A stretch of 63,395 nt of DNA, filler included, from Reticulomyxa filosa (lineage: Eukaryota > Protista > Foraminifera): NCBI GenBank assembly GCA_000512085.1. It is 13 parts of 13 records of this genome, joined end to end, with 100 filler letters (N's around TTAATTAATTAA, not from the genome) between each part and the next. Parts side by side here need not be neighbours in the genome. Positions count along the whole stretch, not along the records: positions 37,795 to 40,139 come from ASPP01001564.1; positions 40,240 to 42,143 come from ASPP01005513.1; positions 42,244 to 46,442 come from ASPP01004642.1; positions 46,543 to 55,633 come from ASPP01004485.1; 9 more parts are not named here. The stretch is one strand, 5' to 3'. The notes under the pieces are model-generated. The model made no database searches, was not told the origin of the DNA, and worked only from the letters and a program-made list of their open reading frames with translations. The position numbers and the translations under genes were made by a program. Shown here in pieces: positions 37,915 to 51,386 of the stretch. Position 1 is the stretch's first letter; each line of letters begins with the position of its first letter.

Positions 37915-38644
37915 GAGCAAAATTTGGTGGTTGAAGAATTTTAGTCTGGTCATGTTTTGGAGCATTATGAACAGATTACGCTTGCAATGTGGAAGGTGGA
38001 GTAAATACTGATATGTATAAAGAACTTTCTAACGAAATGCTAAGAACGTTAATTGCTGCTTAGAAAATAAATATAATTGGATTTTCCAACAAGATAATAC
38101 AACATGTCATAAATCGGAAAAAATTATGAAATAGTTAAAACAAAAAAATAAAAATAAAAACAATGAACTTTACTCCAAATTCAACTGATTTAAATCCAAT
38201 TGAAAATCTTTGTTATATAGTAAATACAAATATTCACAAAAAATGATCATTTAATAAAACTGAATATCTTTGGAATCAATTCGAAACATAATGTGAAAAA
38301 ATAAAAACAAACAATTGTAAAACCTTAATAAAATCTATACCAAAGAGAATACATGCAATTAAAAAAGCCAAAGGAGATTTAACACGTTAGTAAACTTGAA
38401 TTAAATTTTAAAAAACGAATATTATTATAATCAGGCAACCACAAAAAATTTTTTTAGATTAAAATTTTTTAAAAAATTAGAAAGACTTAATAAAAAACTA
38501 AATTCAAAATGATATTTAAAAACTACACAATTCGTAGATTTTTTTTTTTTAAATTTTGATTAAATGCTGTTTTTTCGTGAAGAAACACAATAATCTATAT
38601 AAGATGGCATTTTAGGTGTCAACTTTCTTTTTTATCCTACTGTA
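37915..38644 (+). mobile_element. Tc1/mariner transposase relic with probable right terminus
   Basis: KFGG*RILVWSCF, FQQDNTTCHKS, PNSTDLNPIENL, LIKSIPKRIHAIKKAKG. Downstream end ..CCTACTG-TA at 38636-38644 fits a Tc1 terminus plus TA target site. Confidence 0.85.
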
Positions 38645-38719
38645 CTTTATCTCTGTTAAAGGTTACTATAGATTTTTAACAACTCCAAATATTATTCTTA
38701 ATTTGTTGCTGAAGAATAT

Positions 38720-39110
38720 AAATTATGTTATATATTCTCTAGAGAAATCAACAACTACAGCATAAATTACTTAATAGAGTTTCTTTTCCAATATATGCCA
38801 ATTTAGTTTATGTTTGTCAAATTTCTTGGAAATAAACTAAAACTTCATCGTGAATTTGAAGTAATTTAGCACATACAAATATGTCTGATGCATCACAATG
38901 TACTATAAATGAATCATTTTGTTTTAGATGACTTAATAACTGTGTATTTTCAATTACTTTTTTCAGTTTTGCAAAAGCGTCTTCATGAGTAAATCCAATT
39001 TTCACTTCATATTTTTCTGTCGTAATTTTGATAAATATGCCGTCAGATTTGCAATATTTGTAATAAATATTGCAATCAATTGAACTAATCCTACTAATTA
39101 CTTTTTATTA
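38720..39110 (-). mobile_element. Ty3/gypsy pol relic (RT-RNase H connection)
   Basis: EDAFAKLKKVIENTQLLSH..SFIVHCDASD..AKLLQ, preceded by GLV..FITNIANLTAYL. Degenerate. Confidence 0.8.
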
Positions 39111-39355
39111 CAATGTTTATGTATTTTAAATATTTTTTCCACATATTGAGTATTTGCACTAATTCAATATGCTGAAATCAAATGTTCCAAGAATACTAAT
39201 TTTCTTTGAAGATATCAAAGGAATTATGACGAACAAAAAAAGGAATATTTTCAACATAACAAAATATAAATCCGTGACTTTAATTAACTTTTGTTTTCAG
39301 TTCAGAAAAAAATATTATTTACAAGAAAATAACAAACAATTGAAGAAAAGTACAT

Positions 39356-39766
39356 TTATTTGATAAATTCTAATTTTTCAAATGCAGCCTCATCGAAAAA
39401 ATATGCGGCAATGACATTCCCATTAAACATTCTTCCTTTCAAACTTTCTATACAAACTTTTGCGTCAACAGCTGTCTGATATTCCAAAAACACACGTCCA
39501 CAACCATTTTTACCTTTTTTTGGAATGACAACAGACAATAATTTTCCATATTTCTGGCATGTATCAGTAATATCTTCCATTATGTCCTGATATTCCATCG
39601 GATCTTCCAATTCTGATTCTTTGACCATGTTGAGTAGCATTATGACTCGTGAGCTTGTGTGTTGTTCGTGAGCAGAGTGGTCACTTGGGTTGTCTTTAGG
39701 TTCTTCACTTGCAGCTGACGATTCTTTTGTATTTACTCGAGCAGCGGTGGTAGCATCTGTTGCCAT
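39356..39766 (-). CDS. U2AF65-type C-terminal UHM (RRM3) domain protein
   Basis: RVIMLLNMVKESELEDPMEYQDIMEDITDTCQKYG..VVIP..GCGRVFLEY..LKGRMFNG. Confidence 0.85.
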   Translation of the reverse strand: MATDATTAARVNTKESSAASEEPKDNPSDHSAHEQHTSSRVIMLLNMVKESELEDPMEYQDIMEDITDTCQKYGKLLSVVIPKKGKNGCGRVFLEYQTAVDAKVCIESLKGRMFNGNVIAAYFFDEAAFEKLEFIK

Positions 39767-41524
39767 TTGTAGAGTTGCTTGATTTGAAATTTGAACATTT
39801 TTGGTTCGAACCTCACTGTCACTTTTTACCGTTTGCCAACCTTAAAGAAAACTAAGTTACTTTGAACTGTGAGTAGTCTTGCTTCAAACCAAAGAGGCAC
39901 GAGGCTACTAACAACAAAAAGAGATCCTTTTGAAATTGGGTTAAATATTCATTTTGCATATCACTTTATTTGCATTTTTTTAGCTTTGCATTCGAAATGT
40001 TGTTTTATCATTCACATAGCACTGATTTTGCCATATCTATTCTCAAATACAAAAAAAAATTGAATTATCCCAATCAAATAGAAAGAAATTTTTTTATTTT
40101 ACATTTGTTAACTTTGATTGTGAATGTTTATTTTTTGAANNNNNNNNNNNNNNNNNNNNNNNNNNNNNNNNNNNNNNNNNNNNTTAATTAATTAANNNNN
40201 NNNNNNNNNNNNNNNNNNNNNNNNNNNNNNNNNNNNNNNCATTGGAATTCGAAACAAAGTGAGTCAATTGAACCACAATATTACTTCTTCGGCAACAAAA
40301 AGCAGTCAATATTTGAACGCATTTTAGAAAGTATATTGATAAATGTGAATTAAAACTTTATAATATTATTGTTTTCACTTTACAAATATACATAAGTCAA
40401 TATAGAACGTATAAGTTATAAATGTTGAAAATCAATATGATTGTCAATTAACTATTTATTTTTCAAATATCTAATTATATGCTCGCGTGAATTGCAGTTG
40501 GTCAGTTTCTACTTCTTTAAACATTAAGTACTAATATGACGTACTGACGTTTAAGTCTATTATATAGTTGAGCATTCTTTTATTTTATTGCTTGTAATTA
40601 TCAATTAGTGTCTACTACAACATGTTGCAAAGTTTTAATATCTGTATAAACTGTTTCAAAATTGTTTTAACATAATCAGTCAAAAAAAAATTATTTATTA
40701 TTTAAAAGTTTTATTCATTGAAAAGATTGTACACATCAATCAAAGTATTCTGCAATAAAAAAACAAAACTTATAAATCAATAAAAAACTCCATAACATAT
40801 CGTGATAATATCGGTCGATAATATGTTAATATAAAAATTTGCAGTTTATTATAAATGCAACGTACAAATAATCAAGTTGATATAATGTTCCATATTGAAG
40901 TCTAAATATACTTCTTTTATTCTTGGATATCTTGCTTGATTGACTTATTTGAAGAATAAACTAAGCAAGTAAATAAAAAACAAAAAAGTATAAATAAAAT
41001 GTATTTAACATTTTCAATATTATATATTGTGCTTAACATTAATATATGCATTTACAATTTATGCAAACAATAAAAGAACTAATATTTTTTGTGTGAATAG
41101 AAAAGCATACATTATCACAAAAAGCAATCAATGTTTATATCGAAACTAACCTTGGTTGTTTGACTGGTTTACAAACAGTACAATATGCGTTTTCTTTTTA
41201 AAACAATTCGTTATGTGTCAGCAAGAAGCGTTGTATGAGACAACATCATGCTACTATGTCTTTTTTTTAATTAATAACAAAATTGACTCGACGAAAAAAA
41301 AACACTACGAACAATTTTTTTAAGGGGGTTGAAAGATACCAATGCACACATAAAATAAGTGGGACAAATGATGTTGAAAACATACTCTGATCATTAGTGC
41401 TGATGTTTTTTTTTCAAAAAAATTGCGAGTGATAAAACATACATTCAAATCGCTTTTGTTTTCGAAAAGAACTTGAGTCTCCTCTGAAAATAATAATTTC
41501 TCCTCAAATCGAAATCAAGTGACC

Positions 41525-42115
41525 ATGGAAAACGAAGTTCGCAAGTTGAGTAGTTTGTCTTGTTGCAAGAAAAATGATGAAGTAACTAGGAATGAACAAA
41601 GACTGATGACGTTTGACTGGGGGGGAACACAGAGAAGACCGACTGGTGTGTTTGGGTTGCACAAATTCCTCGAGATCGAATGTTTTCGACACAACGAAGG
41701 CGTTATTGACGTATTTGACAGACCACAAGTTGGTGGAGCCATTTGAGGTTGAAAAGGTAGAAATAATTGAGAGTCATCACATTGAGATATTATTTGGAAG
41801 TGAGATCTCAGCGCAAGTGTTTCTCCTAAAATTTTTGAAAAACGAATTTCATCACAAATACTTTACATTGATGCCGTTTACAATGAACGTCCATGAACGC
41901 AATACTCATAACACCAACAATCATAACAGCAGCAATAATATCAATAATAGCAATAATAGTAATAATAATAATGTAAATTGTCACGGGATGACCAACAACA
42001 GTTGTTTGGGAGACTACCACTTATTATCAGAACAGCAGCTGTGTGTGTTAAATTTGTGTGTCCAGAAGCGCAGTCGAGATGGTAAACGAAGCGAGCATAT
42101 CATACGTCGATGGAG
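41525..42115 (+). CDS. Hypothetical protein with Asn-rich tract, partial
   Basis: ORFs 41525.. and 41613.. probably join at the G-run near 41620. No family recognised. Confidence 0.45.
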
Positions 42116-42329
42116 GTATTTGGGTGTATTATATGTGTATACANNNNNNNNNNNNNNNNNNNNNNNNNNNNNNNNNNNNNNNNNNNNTTAATTAATTAAN
42201 NNNNNNNNNNNNNNNNNNNNNNNNNNNNNNNNNNNNNNNNNNNTATAAATTTTTGTTGATTTGATTGACAAAAAAAAAAACAATGGATTGGGGTAAAAAA
42301 AAAAAAAAAAGGATATAAAATTTGGCTGG

Positions 42330-42829
42330 CAGTTCACGGGGTCGCGTTGGTGCTCTACATAAGTGCGTTTGTAGGGCTGAGTATGTTGTTTGTGAATCGC
42401 CTGTTGTTTCTTGCGACACAAAGGGCCAATACCATCTTTACCCTCAGAAGTGATGCCAAAGATACCGAGCTGAACGAACAGCAATCCCAACTGGTTGGGG
42501 TCATGACCAAACATTGCATTTTGACTCAAGCCACCTTGTTTACAAGTTGTGTGTCTGCCATTTTGTCATTTTTTGGCTCTTTTTTAAATGAAGACTTCAC
42601 TAATTCGGTATTGGCACCCGTGGGGATCATTATGTCCGATCTCAACATTTGTTTCAATTTGTGGTGTCTCTATTTCCAATTTTCTTTTGCGCGAAAGTAT
42701 TATCACTTTTGTTGCAATCGTGGAGAAACTTTTGTTCGGAAACAACTTGAAAAAAAAATAGTTGCTACCAGAAGTAGCAGCAGAAATAAGATCTTTCAAC
42801 AAGTTCAACAGGAAATTAATCACAAATAG
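42330..42829 (+). CDS. Last exon of a 7TM/GPCR-like membrane protein (three C-terminal helices)
   Basis: Three hydrophobic helices with a long loop after the first, then an amphipathic helix-8-like segment with CC (FARKYYHFCC). Confidence 0.55.
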
Positions 42830-43250
42830 AATTCATTATAACATATATAGACTTTACCAATCAGAGAAGGGGTTTTGGAAACGATTTTGGAAATTAATGA
42901 AATTGCGGGTTGTTAGTGTTTTTTAGTCCATCTATAAACAGACTGCTCTTTGTTTTTTGTAAGTTCATTTGCTTCGATGGTTGTTTGCTGTCCTCTTTTC
43001 ACATTTTATTTTTCTGCTAAGTGTTCGAAAATCTTGCTTCTTGAAGTAATCATGTGAGTGTACTCACTCTTCGTAATATTAAAGTTACACTTTCTGCCGT
43101 GCTGTACCTCTTAAATACAAAATGACATTAGAAAAATGTCCATAACTTGTCCATAACTATCTAGTTTGGTGGTAAAAAAAAAGAAAGCCTTAAACTAGCC
43201 TAGGGGGCTTTATTCGAAAAACTTTTGCCTTCAGCGAATCTGAATTGCAA

Positions 43251-43907
43251 ATGTCGGCACTAGTTCATTATTCAGATAGCTCCAATTCTGAAACAGAAAT
43301 TGCGGATGATAAGACAACATCAAAAGTGGTTATGACAGAATCAGTGAAAGAGCTAACAGAAACGTCTCTTCGCAAACGCCAGCGATCGCAAATGAGTGAT
43401 GACAGTGACGTAGACAAAAGTGAAAGCGACGATGGACATGTGGGGCCATCACCAACCAAACGTCGCAGAAAAATTGTGATATCCAATAGAGACTGTAAAT
43501 CAAATATCCTGGAGCTCCAACTCTCCAATGTTGGGAGTGACAACGGGAGTAGTAGTATAAACAACCAAGCAAATAATAAACAGTTGAAAAATGTCGAAGT
43601 AGAAATAGAAGCGCAATTTGATAAACACAAAGACAAGTTTAATGATGAACAAAGAGAAAAAATCGAAAATAAAAAAATATTGAAACAATTGCACAATATG
43701 GAAATGGACCGGGTAAAATATGCACGATTGCTTATTGCAGAAAGTACAAATAAAGTTAAGGACCCCAAAGAGGAGCATAAAAAGAAATTTAATACAAAAG
43801 AGAAAAGAAAGAGAAAATTGGGCCAAGTAAACAGAGATGGTAGTGTTGTAGAAGAAGAAAAAAGACTTCTCCGACAAATGACTGGTAAATATATTGGCGG
43901 TCAATAA
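43251..43907 (+). CDS. Conserved hypothetical, probably nuclear protein
   Basis: N-terminal LVHYSDSS motif, NLS-like KRRRK, C-terminal KEKRKRKLGQ..VEEEKRLLRQ. Confidence 0.75.
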   Translation: MSALVHYSDSSNSETEIADDKTTSKVVMTESVKELTETSLRKRQRSQMSDDSDVDKSESDDGHVGPSPTKRRRKIVISNRDCKSNILELQLSNVGSDNGSSSINNQANNKQLKNVEVEIEAQFDKHKDKFNDEQREKIENKKILKQLHNMEMDRVKYARLLIAESTNKVKDPKEEHKKKFNTKEKRKRKLGQVNRDGSVVEEEKRLLRQMTGKYIGGQ

Positions 43908-44526
43908 CAAGTGAACAAACAAACTCGGATAACACACCATGATTCGACTCAATATCCATTTTGAGATAAATCAAAACAAAGAAATACAAAAATAAATCAC
44001 TTTGCTTATTTGTGTGTTTTATTGATTATTCCATTGTCTATTGTTTCAGTTTTGTCAATTTGCACATGTACCTCACTCCCTCGTTAGTTTGTTTGTTGAG
44101 TTGTGTTTATCTCCCTTTGAGGTGGAACATTGCAAATAAATTTTTCGTGTTTTTGAAACAAACACTCTTTATTGTCTCTTGTTTTCAAATAGCATAAACA
44201 ATAAAAAACTCTTTTTTTTTATTACTCTAATTGCAAGTTTTTTTTTTATAAAGTTCAAGTTTGGGCGGTTACGCAAACAAAAATCTCAACTCCCCTATGT
44301 GAACTTTACCACTTTATATGCCTCCAGTTTTAACTGGAGCTCACAAATATTAAAAAATATTTGGAAATATAGTGCATTGAACAAAGGTTGATCTGATTTT
44401 TGATTTGAAACTGAAAGACGTGGATCTAAATTTTCGGAATAGAGTTTGCATAAAATTAATTCCTTTCCCCTCCCTGAACATAACAAAACATAAAATACCG
44501 ACTCACCTAAAAACAAAAACAATAGT

Positions 44527-46417
44527 TTAAGCATCGTGCCAGTCCTGTGTCAACATCCAACAAAAAGTGCCATTGTCAGCAAACAAGGCTTTAACAGGAC
44601 GATGGCTTTGATGTTTCCCACTAATTGTGGCCCAATGCTTTTTAAATTTTGCAATGTGCAAATTTATAAAAGGCATTTGAAGGCCATATGTTTGAGTGAA
44701 GTTGTACCGATAATCGTCGTACATCATAGAAAAGCAACTGTGATGACCAGGAGTATGTACAGCATAAATACTGTCTTCCAAAGTTTTGTCTTGAAACACC
44801 CACTCAGTTTTGATGTCCAATTTTTTCAACTGCTTCCATTTGGCCACTCCCACCCAGTATTTGGAATGTCCAGAATAGGGATAAAGTTGAAAATGTTCGT
44901 TTAAAGTGTCGACAAAATGTAACCATACAACGTGGGCCATCAAAGGGTCCAACAAGTATTTACCAAACAAATTTCGTTCGATGATACATTGATGTCTTTC
45001 CAGGAACAGTTCATATTCATTGTTGCAGTCCCATTTTTTTTTTCCAAAATCGTGCGTATATTGTGGTTTACTATGGGAAGGGGGAAAAAAAAAGTGTTAC
45101 TTTCCTAAACGAACAAGAGTTTTAAACAAACACAAACCAAAATTCTTCAAGTGGTTGGGTGAGTTGTTCATAAGTCATATCAATCAAAGGTGAATTCCAG
45201 TCAAAATCGGATTTGGACGGAAGCTTGCAATTTTGATGTCGATATGTACAAGTAACACCGATGTGCCTACGAAAGTAGATCCAGTTTCGATGCGGGCTCA
45301 AACTTATCCACTGGACCAATTGCTTAACACTGCCACTGTGGAATTGCTGTGACAGCTTCAATGTGTCACTTGCGGCACTGCTGTTGATTCGCTGCGCCAT
45401 TCGATTGTCGTTGTCTTTCCAGACATTAATGTGGTGCATCACATTGTACCAGGGGTTGACAAATAGCCATTCATCAATATCGATCAGTGTCATCCATCGA
45501 CTTTCAAATCCAAATCTTCGTATGCACGAGTTCTGCTGCGCATATTGATAATACAAAAAATCGTGCGTCCATCGAACGACACCACTGACGGCCCATCGCA
45601 CATACGTCACTTGGTTCCTCGCAATGTAAGGTGCAATCGTATCATAAATCACTGTGTCATGTTCCGCGTCTCGATTGTGCATGTGATCGTAAATATAAAA
45701 GTGATCAAATTGTTGATTGTGCAAATGGAATTCCAGCCATTGTTCCAATAGCTGGTTCAATTGGCCAAAACGATCACCTTTCGGATGCACTATTATACAG
45801 GCGGTTAACCTTCCGTTGATGCACAAAGAACAAACAAATTTTTATTAAATGATCGTCTTTTTTTTTTTTTTAAAAAAAAAAAGACGAAGGAAACGTTTTT
45901 TTTTTTCCCTCACTCTTCGCAATCAACCAAAAAAAAAAAAAAAATACATGTGCTTTGCATGGCGACGAATATGTGCAATATTTTGAACAATGGCACGATT
46001 TTCATCGGAAGGAATGCGGACCAAATTGAAGCCGATTTGGGGTGGATCATGTCGGAAAATGGAATAAGTGCCTGTCTTTACATTGTGATTGATTTGGGAA
46101 GTACTACACACCGGGACGATGGCACTGGGTAAAATGTCGGCGTTTTTCCGGTCTTCGGAAGAGACATTGCTTCTGTTATTGTAAGCGTACAAGATCGGCC
46201 TTGGGTCAAAGATCTTCACGCCCACGGACGTATACGAATGTGAGGACAAAATCTGTTGCTGCAGGCGAGACACGTTTCCAAGATATTCGTCCAATATCTC
46301 CACCGACTGGCTTTGAAAATAGTACAGCACCTCATTGTCGAGCAAGTCACAAATCACCACCACATAATCTTTTTTATGCACTTGCTGGGGGTTTTGTGTT
46401 CTAATTTTGCGACTCAT
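44527..46417 (-). CDS. Glycosyltransferase family 92 (DUF23)-like, multi-exon, probably 5'-truncated
   Basis: LEQWLEFH..FDHFYIYD..PYIARNQVTYVRW..QYAQQNSCIRR..SRWMTLIDIDEW (DxD). Confidence 0.85.
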
Positions 46418-46542
46418 AATAGTGGTGCCTTTTTTTTTTTTTNNNNNNNNNNNNNNNNNNNNNNNNNNNNNNNNNNNNNNNNNNNNTTAATTAATTAANN
46501 NNNNNNNNNNNNNNNNNNNNNNNNNNNNNNNNNNNNNNNNNN

Positions 46543-46566
46543 TTCCGGGTTTTTAAAAACCCGGAA
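46543..46566. repeat. Perfect 24-bp palindrome at contig start
   Basis: TTCCGGGTTTTTAAAAACCCGGAA is its own reverse complement. Confidence 0.9.
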
Positions 46567-46699
46567 TTCAAACCCTTTCGGTTCCAATTTTCCAAGAGAT
46601 CACTCATGTTTGGAAGTGTCCATCCGTCGCGAATTATGTCTTGGCTCAATTTCCGATAATCGGCTCAAGTGCGTAATGAGTCCCTTTTCTTTTTTACTA

Positions 46700-48550
46700 A
46701 TAGAACATTTGCAGCAAATTGAGAACAGTTTTTCCGTATTTTCTATATATTTTCTAATTCGTTAACTTGCTTTTACATCCTCTTGATACATATTATTGAT
46801 ATGATATAGCTTGTGTTTGATATGTTTTGTCATATGCTTTAATTCCAATTTCATTTTGACGTTTGGTATTTGTCCATTATCGAATGAATTACTATACAAT
46901 TATCTAAATTTTGTTTATCAACTTTGTATCGCCTTTTTTATTTGTAGTTCAATATATCTACAATTTTTGCACATTGTTTAACACTTGTACTTTGAATGGT
47001 TGTTCTCATACTACATTATTGCACTACATTTTATTCTTTAGCTAAGCACATTATGTGACCCTAGAGTTGATGTTGAATTATTAATATTCAATTTTTCTTT
47101 ATTCTTGGAAGTTTTTCAATATATATCATCTGTTTCGTCACTATAAACAGATTACTCCAAATCTTGCACTTCCAATATTTCGTCATATTGTGCATGCTCA
47201 AATTGTTCATGCTCCAACCTCAACACTTCTAGAAATTATGATGCATATTTGGTACTACACAGAAGCTCCTTAAACATTGATAGTCCTTTATCCTTGACGT
47301 CCTTTAGATTGAGTTATATTTTTTCTTGTAATGCAATAGATCCTCCTGATGCACCACAATGAATGTACGCGAATCCTTTGTTATCGAATGTATGTATTTA
47401 CTTGCAATAACGTCAATCAACGCATATATCGATGCAAACCTATCTACAATTGCGTTTATTGTGCAAATTTCTTTAGTATATAATCCAATTACAATTATGT
47501 CTGGTTTTTCCATCACTTTGTCGACATCAAGCATTTGAAGTACTTGCTCAACTTTTATTGGTCTAGCTGCTGTTTGATTACACATAATTTTTTTTTGTTG
47601 TTTGGACATACACTTTGCTTGTGATAATGTTCGCCTCAATTCCAACACTAATCGTTCCAATAACGGTTAATGTCTTGAAGACATTGTATTGCTTTTTGTC
47701 TTTCGCCACTTGCTCTTTGTAGTTGTAACATAATTGTCTTGATTCTGCAAATTAATACTATTGTATTGTTCATTATATATTATTTATATTCTTATAACAC
47801 CATTTTTCATTAACTGTAAAACGATTGTCTATATCTGACGTATTTTTCTGCATATAATACATTTTGTTACCTTTTGAATATCTTTAATTAGTATCGTTTG
47901 TTCTAATTTTTGTTTTCGTTCAGTGTTGGCGAATTTTGTTCATACACCAGTCATATCAAGATTCCAACAAATAATTCTAGTAATGCTTCTATTAACCTTT
48001 TATCCGAATGTTTAACCTATTCCTTGCTGGAACATTACATTCGGTCCCGTATTCTAGTTTCATTACCTCGTATCCGAATGTCGAATATCCAGGTCTGCAC
48101 TAACATCATTTCGTAGTTGCACAACATAAGGTTGCCCAATCAGTAACTGTTTTGTACAAAGAACACTTAAGTCATACTTGGAGTTAATTTAACAGCACAT
48201 TGTCTTGATATTTTTGCGCTCCAACAGTTATGTTAATTTCTTGACCTGTTCATCCAATATCGACAATTACTTCTTTACGATATGTGATTATTGACTTCAA
48301 TGCCAACAACTGACGACATCCCATATTGCTTTGTCTGTTCTTATATTTCGTTTCAACTTGATTTTCATTATGTGACATTTCAATATTAAGTTTTTGTTGG
48401 TGCAAATGCCTGTTCATCAATAATATTGACTGTTCTTGGACGCAGATTTTTGCAATGTGCAGATAACCTTAACATGGAGAATGCATCTAATTCATTAGTC
48501 TAACAGTTTCTCATATTTCCGACAGATTTTGTTTAAACGTTTGAGAATTC
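46700..48550 (-). pseudogene. Decayed coding-like region of unknown origin
   Basis: Coding-like composition with few long homopolymers and only short broken ORFs (e.g. 47304-47660). Confidence 0.3.
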
Positions 48551-48646
48551 ATCTTTGCGATTTCTTCTTCACTCAACAATGTATTTTCTGATTGCTCTAA
48601 CGTCATTTTTTTGTTTTTGTTCGTTCGCTAAACAGTTTGTGCCAAA

Positions 48647-48869
48647 TGTGGGACGTCTGCCGCTGATAAGAAACTGCACTAAATGTAATTCGAAAATGTT
48701 TACTCAAAAAGAGATCTGCTTTCGGCAAAACAAAAGTAAATTAAATAAATAAAAGATAAATGACACAATAAAAGAAAGAAAACAAACAAAGTTGGTGGAG
48801 AAGTTTAACACACTGTGGGCTCCTCAGTCCTTCAGAGTTCAGCAATCTATAATAGTGACTTGAACTACA
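48647..48869 (+). mobile_element. Dispersed ~225-bp repeat, probable solo LTR (copy 2)
   Basis: Colinear with 10934-11164 (GACGTCTGC, CACTAAAxGTAAT, AAAACAAAAGTAAATTAA, GTGGAGAAGTTTA, TTCAGCAATCTATA). TGT..ACA ends; no TSD. Confidence 0.6.
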
Positions 48870-49261
48870 AATCTTTAGATAGTTATTCGATATTTATTTT
48901 GTTTTGTTTTTTATTGAAATATTTTCAAATTTTTGAAAGGCTATCTTGTGCCATTGAGTATGTACTACTATACCGTCAGTCTATTGTAATAGAATTCTGA
49001 AAGTATACAAGTTTGCCTCAAATACAACATTGAATTGTCAATAAAATCTTTGTAAGAGTGAACCGCAAATAACTCCGTTTGGCATGAAAGAATAAGTTTT
49101 TTTATTTTAAATAATAAGAATGAAACCGTTTTTGAATGCAAAGAAGTACTGTGCCAAAGTGGACAGTAGCGTAGTTCGAGAAAAAGTGTTTGGTCCTTTT
49201 TTTGAAGAAATTTTTTTGAACGGACTTTTGCAATCAAATTTGACAAGTTCGTCGATCGACA

Positions 49262-50392
49262 ATGGGTAAGCCAATCCGCGCACAACGTAAAGGTAGAGGA
49301 TCAGTCTACCGCTCGCACAATTTTCATCGTGTTGGCGCGTCTCGCATGAGACGATATGACCTAACCGAGAGACACTCGCAGATCAGAGGAATTGTGAAGG
49401 TTACACTTGCATTTTTTGTCCGATAAAAAATATGTTTCAGAACCATTGTTCAAAAAACTTTAGAAAATTTTACACGACCCTGGAAGAGGCGCCCCAATGG
49501 CTTTGATTCAATTCAAAAACCCAATCAAGTATGTCCTAATTTTTTTGAAGCGCATTTGCGGGGAAAAAAAAAGCTATTGACCGCAAGCTTAAAGAACGTG
49601 TGTTTGTGTGATTTTATAGATACCGAAAACAAGCTATTACCATCGCCGCTCCAGAAGGCATGTACACAGGACAATATGTTCGATGTGGCAAAAGAGCTCC
49701 TTTAGCTGTTGGCAATATTTTACCTGTTGGAAAATGCCCAGAAGGTATTATTATTTTTTTGACTTTTTAGCATTTGTTCTTATTTCAAAAAAAACCCCTT
49801 TTTCAAATTTATTTTTTAAAAAAAAAAAAAAGGAACATTGATTTGCAATTTGGAAAGTCGCCCAGGTGATCGTGGATCTTATATTCGCGCATCAGGCACA
49901 GTTGGATCGATAATTGCTCAAACAACCTCAGGCAAAACAGTCATCCGTTTACCTTCAGGCCAAAAAAAAGTTGTAAAGGGAGTTTGCAGAGCAATGGTCG
50001 GTGTCGTCGCTGGAGGAGGTCGTCCTGAAAAACCAATCATGAAAGCTGGTCGTGCTTATTGGAAAGCTAAAGTTGAGAAATTTTTGTAGGCGATTTTGCG
50101 CTGATGAGGGAAGAAGCACCCAATAAATCGAAAAATTATACACAATCCATTCGCACGCTTGGTTTAAAAAAAATAAATAAAACAAAAAAATAATTAGGCA
50201 AAACGAAGAGGATGGCCAAAAGTCAGAGGTGTGGCAATGAACCCAGTAGAGCACCCTCACGGAGGTGGCAACCATCAACACGTTGGCAAACCAACAACAG
50301 TCTCTCGAAAGACAACTGCTGGTCGCAAAGTTGGTCTCATTGCAGCCCGCAGAACTGGCAGAAAGTCAGGCACAAGTGCAAAAAAAGATTAG
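49262..50392 (+). CDS. RPL8: 60S ribosomal protein uL2 (L8), 5 exons
   Basis: [64 protein letters not shown]. Confidence 0.98.
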
Positions 50393-51386
50393 AAACTGTA
50401 ACAAAGAAATTGATTTTTGGGGCTGTCTCTGGTTTCTTTTTCTTTTTTTTTAAACAAGTTGAATTTATCAATGAAAATCGAGTCAGTTTACTATTTTTTT
50501 CCTCAATCCTTCCCATATTTAGACCAGACCCCAGCCAAAATTGTGTAGTGACTGTAACTTGATTTTAACTTGACAATTTTATTGTGCTACACATTTCAAA
50601 CTTCAATAATTAAAACTGCTAACAATAAATTTGTATTAATTTGTTGAAGGCTGCATAGCAAAAGTAGATAGTCCAAACAAATTGAAACTAAATTACAAAA
50701 TATTTCAGACTCAAATTTCTAGATTCATAATTGTTCATTTATGTGCTGCAATCGAGTTTTCTTTGAATATCTATTTACTAATTACACCATTTTTGTTTAT
50801 GCGTACCGAATGTAAATCCTTTCGTGGCTTTATGTTTTTGTTAATTGCAAGAAAATTTTGTAGTCGATCAAATCTTAAAAAAATTTCAACATATTGCGGA
50901 ACAACTGGACAATTGCAAATTTTAAAAGAATTAATTTTTTATACAGAGAATTGCTTATATCGAACTACTCTTTAGACATCAATATCATTTGTTAATTTAA
51001 AAATTACAGAAAATTCATAATTGCACTCGTTAATTGTTTTTGATATCTGTTCACAAGCTGTCATTATTCTGTAATATTGATCCGTGTTGCCAATGTAACA
51101 TATCTTATATTTTACAATAACGATAGTTTTTGCACACTTGGTATTTTTGCAGAAACCATATATTTGTTTTGTTTCTATCTCACATGACGTCCTAACTGTT
51201 ATCTGAGACGAATTTTTTTTTCAAAGACAAGCTACAACGTTCGAAACTACAGAGTTGTTTGACCTTGTCAGCAAGCGAGGAAAAAAAGGGCATCACAACT
51301 AGCCAGGTTTTATTCGTCACTATCAAATAATTGAGGAAGGAAAAACATCGTCACAGAACACCAGTTTAGCGGAAAATTTTTCATAG

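Noticed and set aside
41620-41650. U6 snRNA-like ACAGAGAAGA
   Set aside because: Flanking U6 sequence is absent and the match lies inside a probable coding exon.
47900-48500. Helitron Rep relic (MHSPC-like peptide)
   Set aside because: Only one weak motif; no supporting Rep or helicase motifs could be read.
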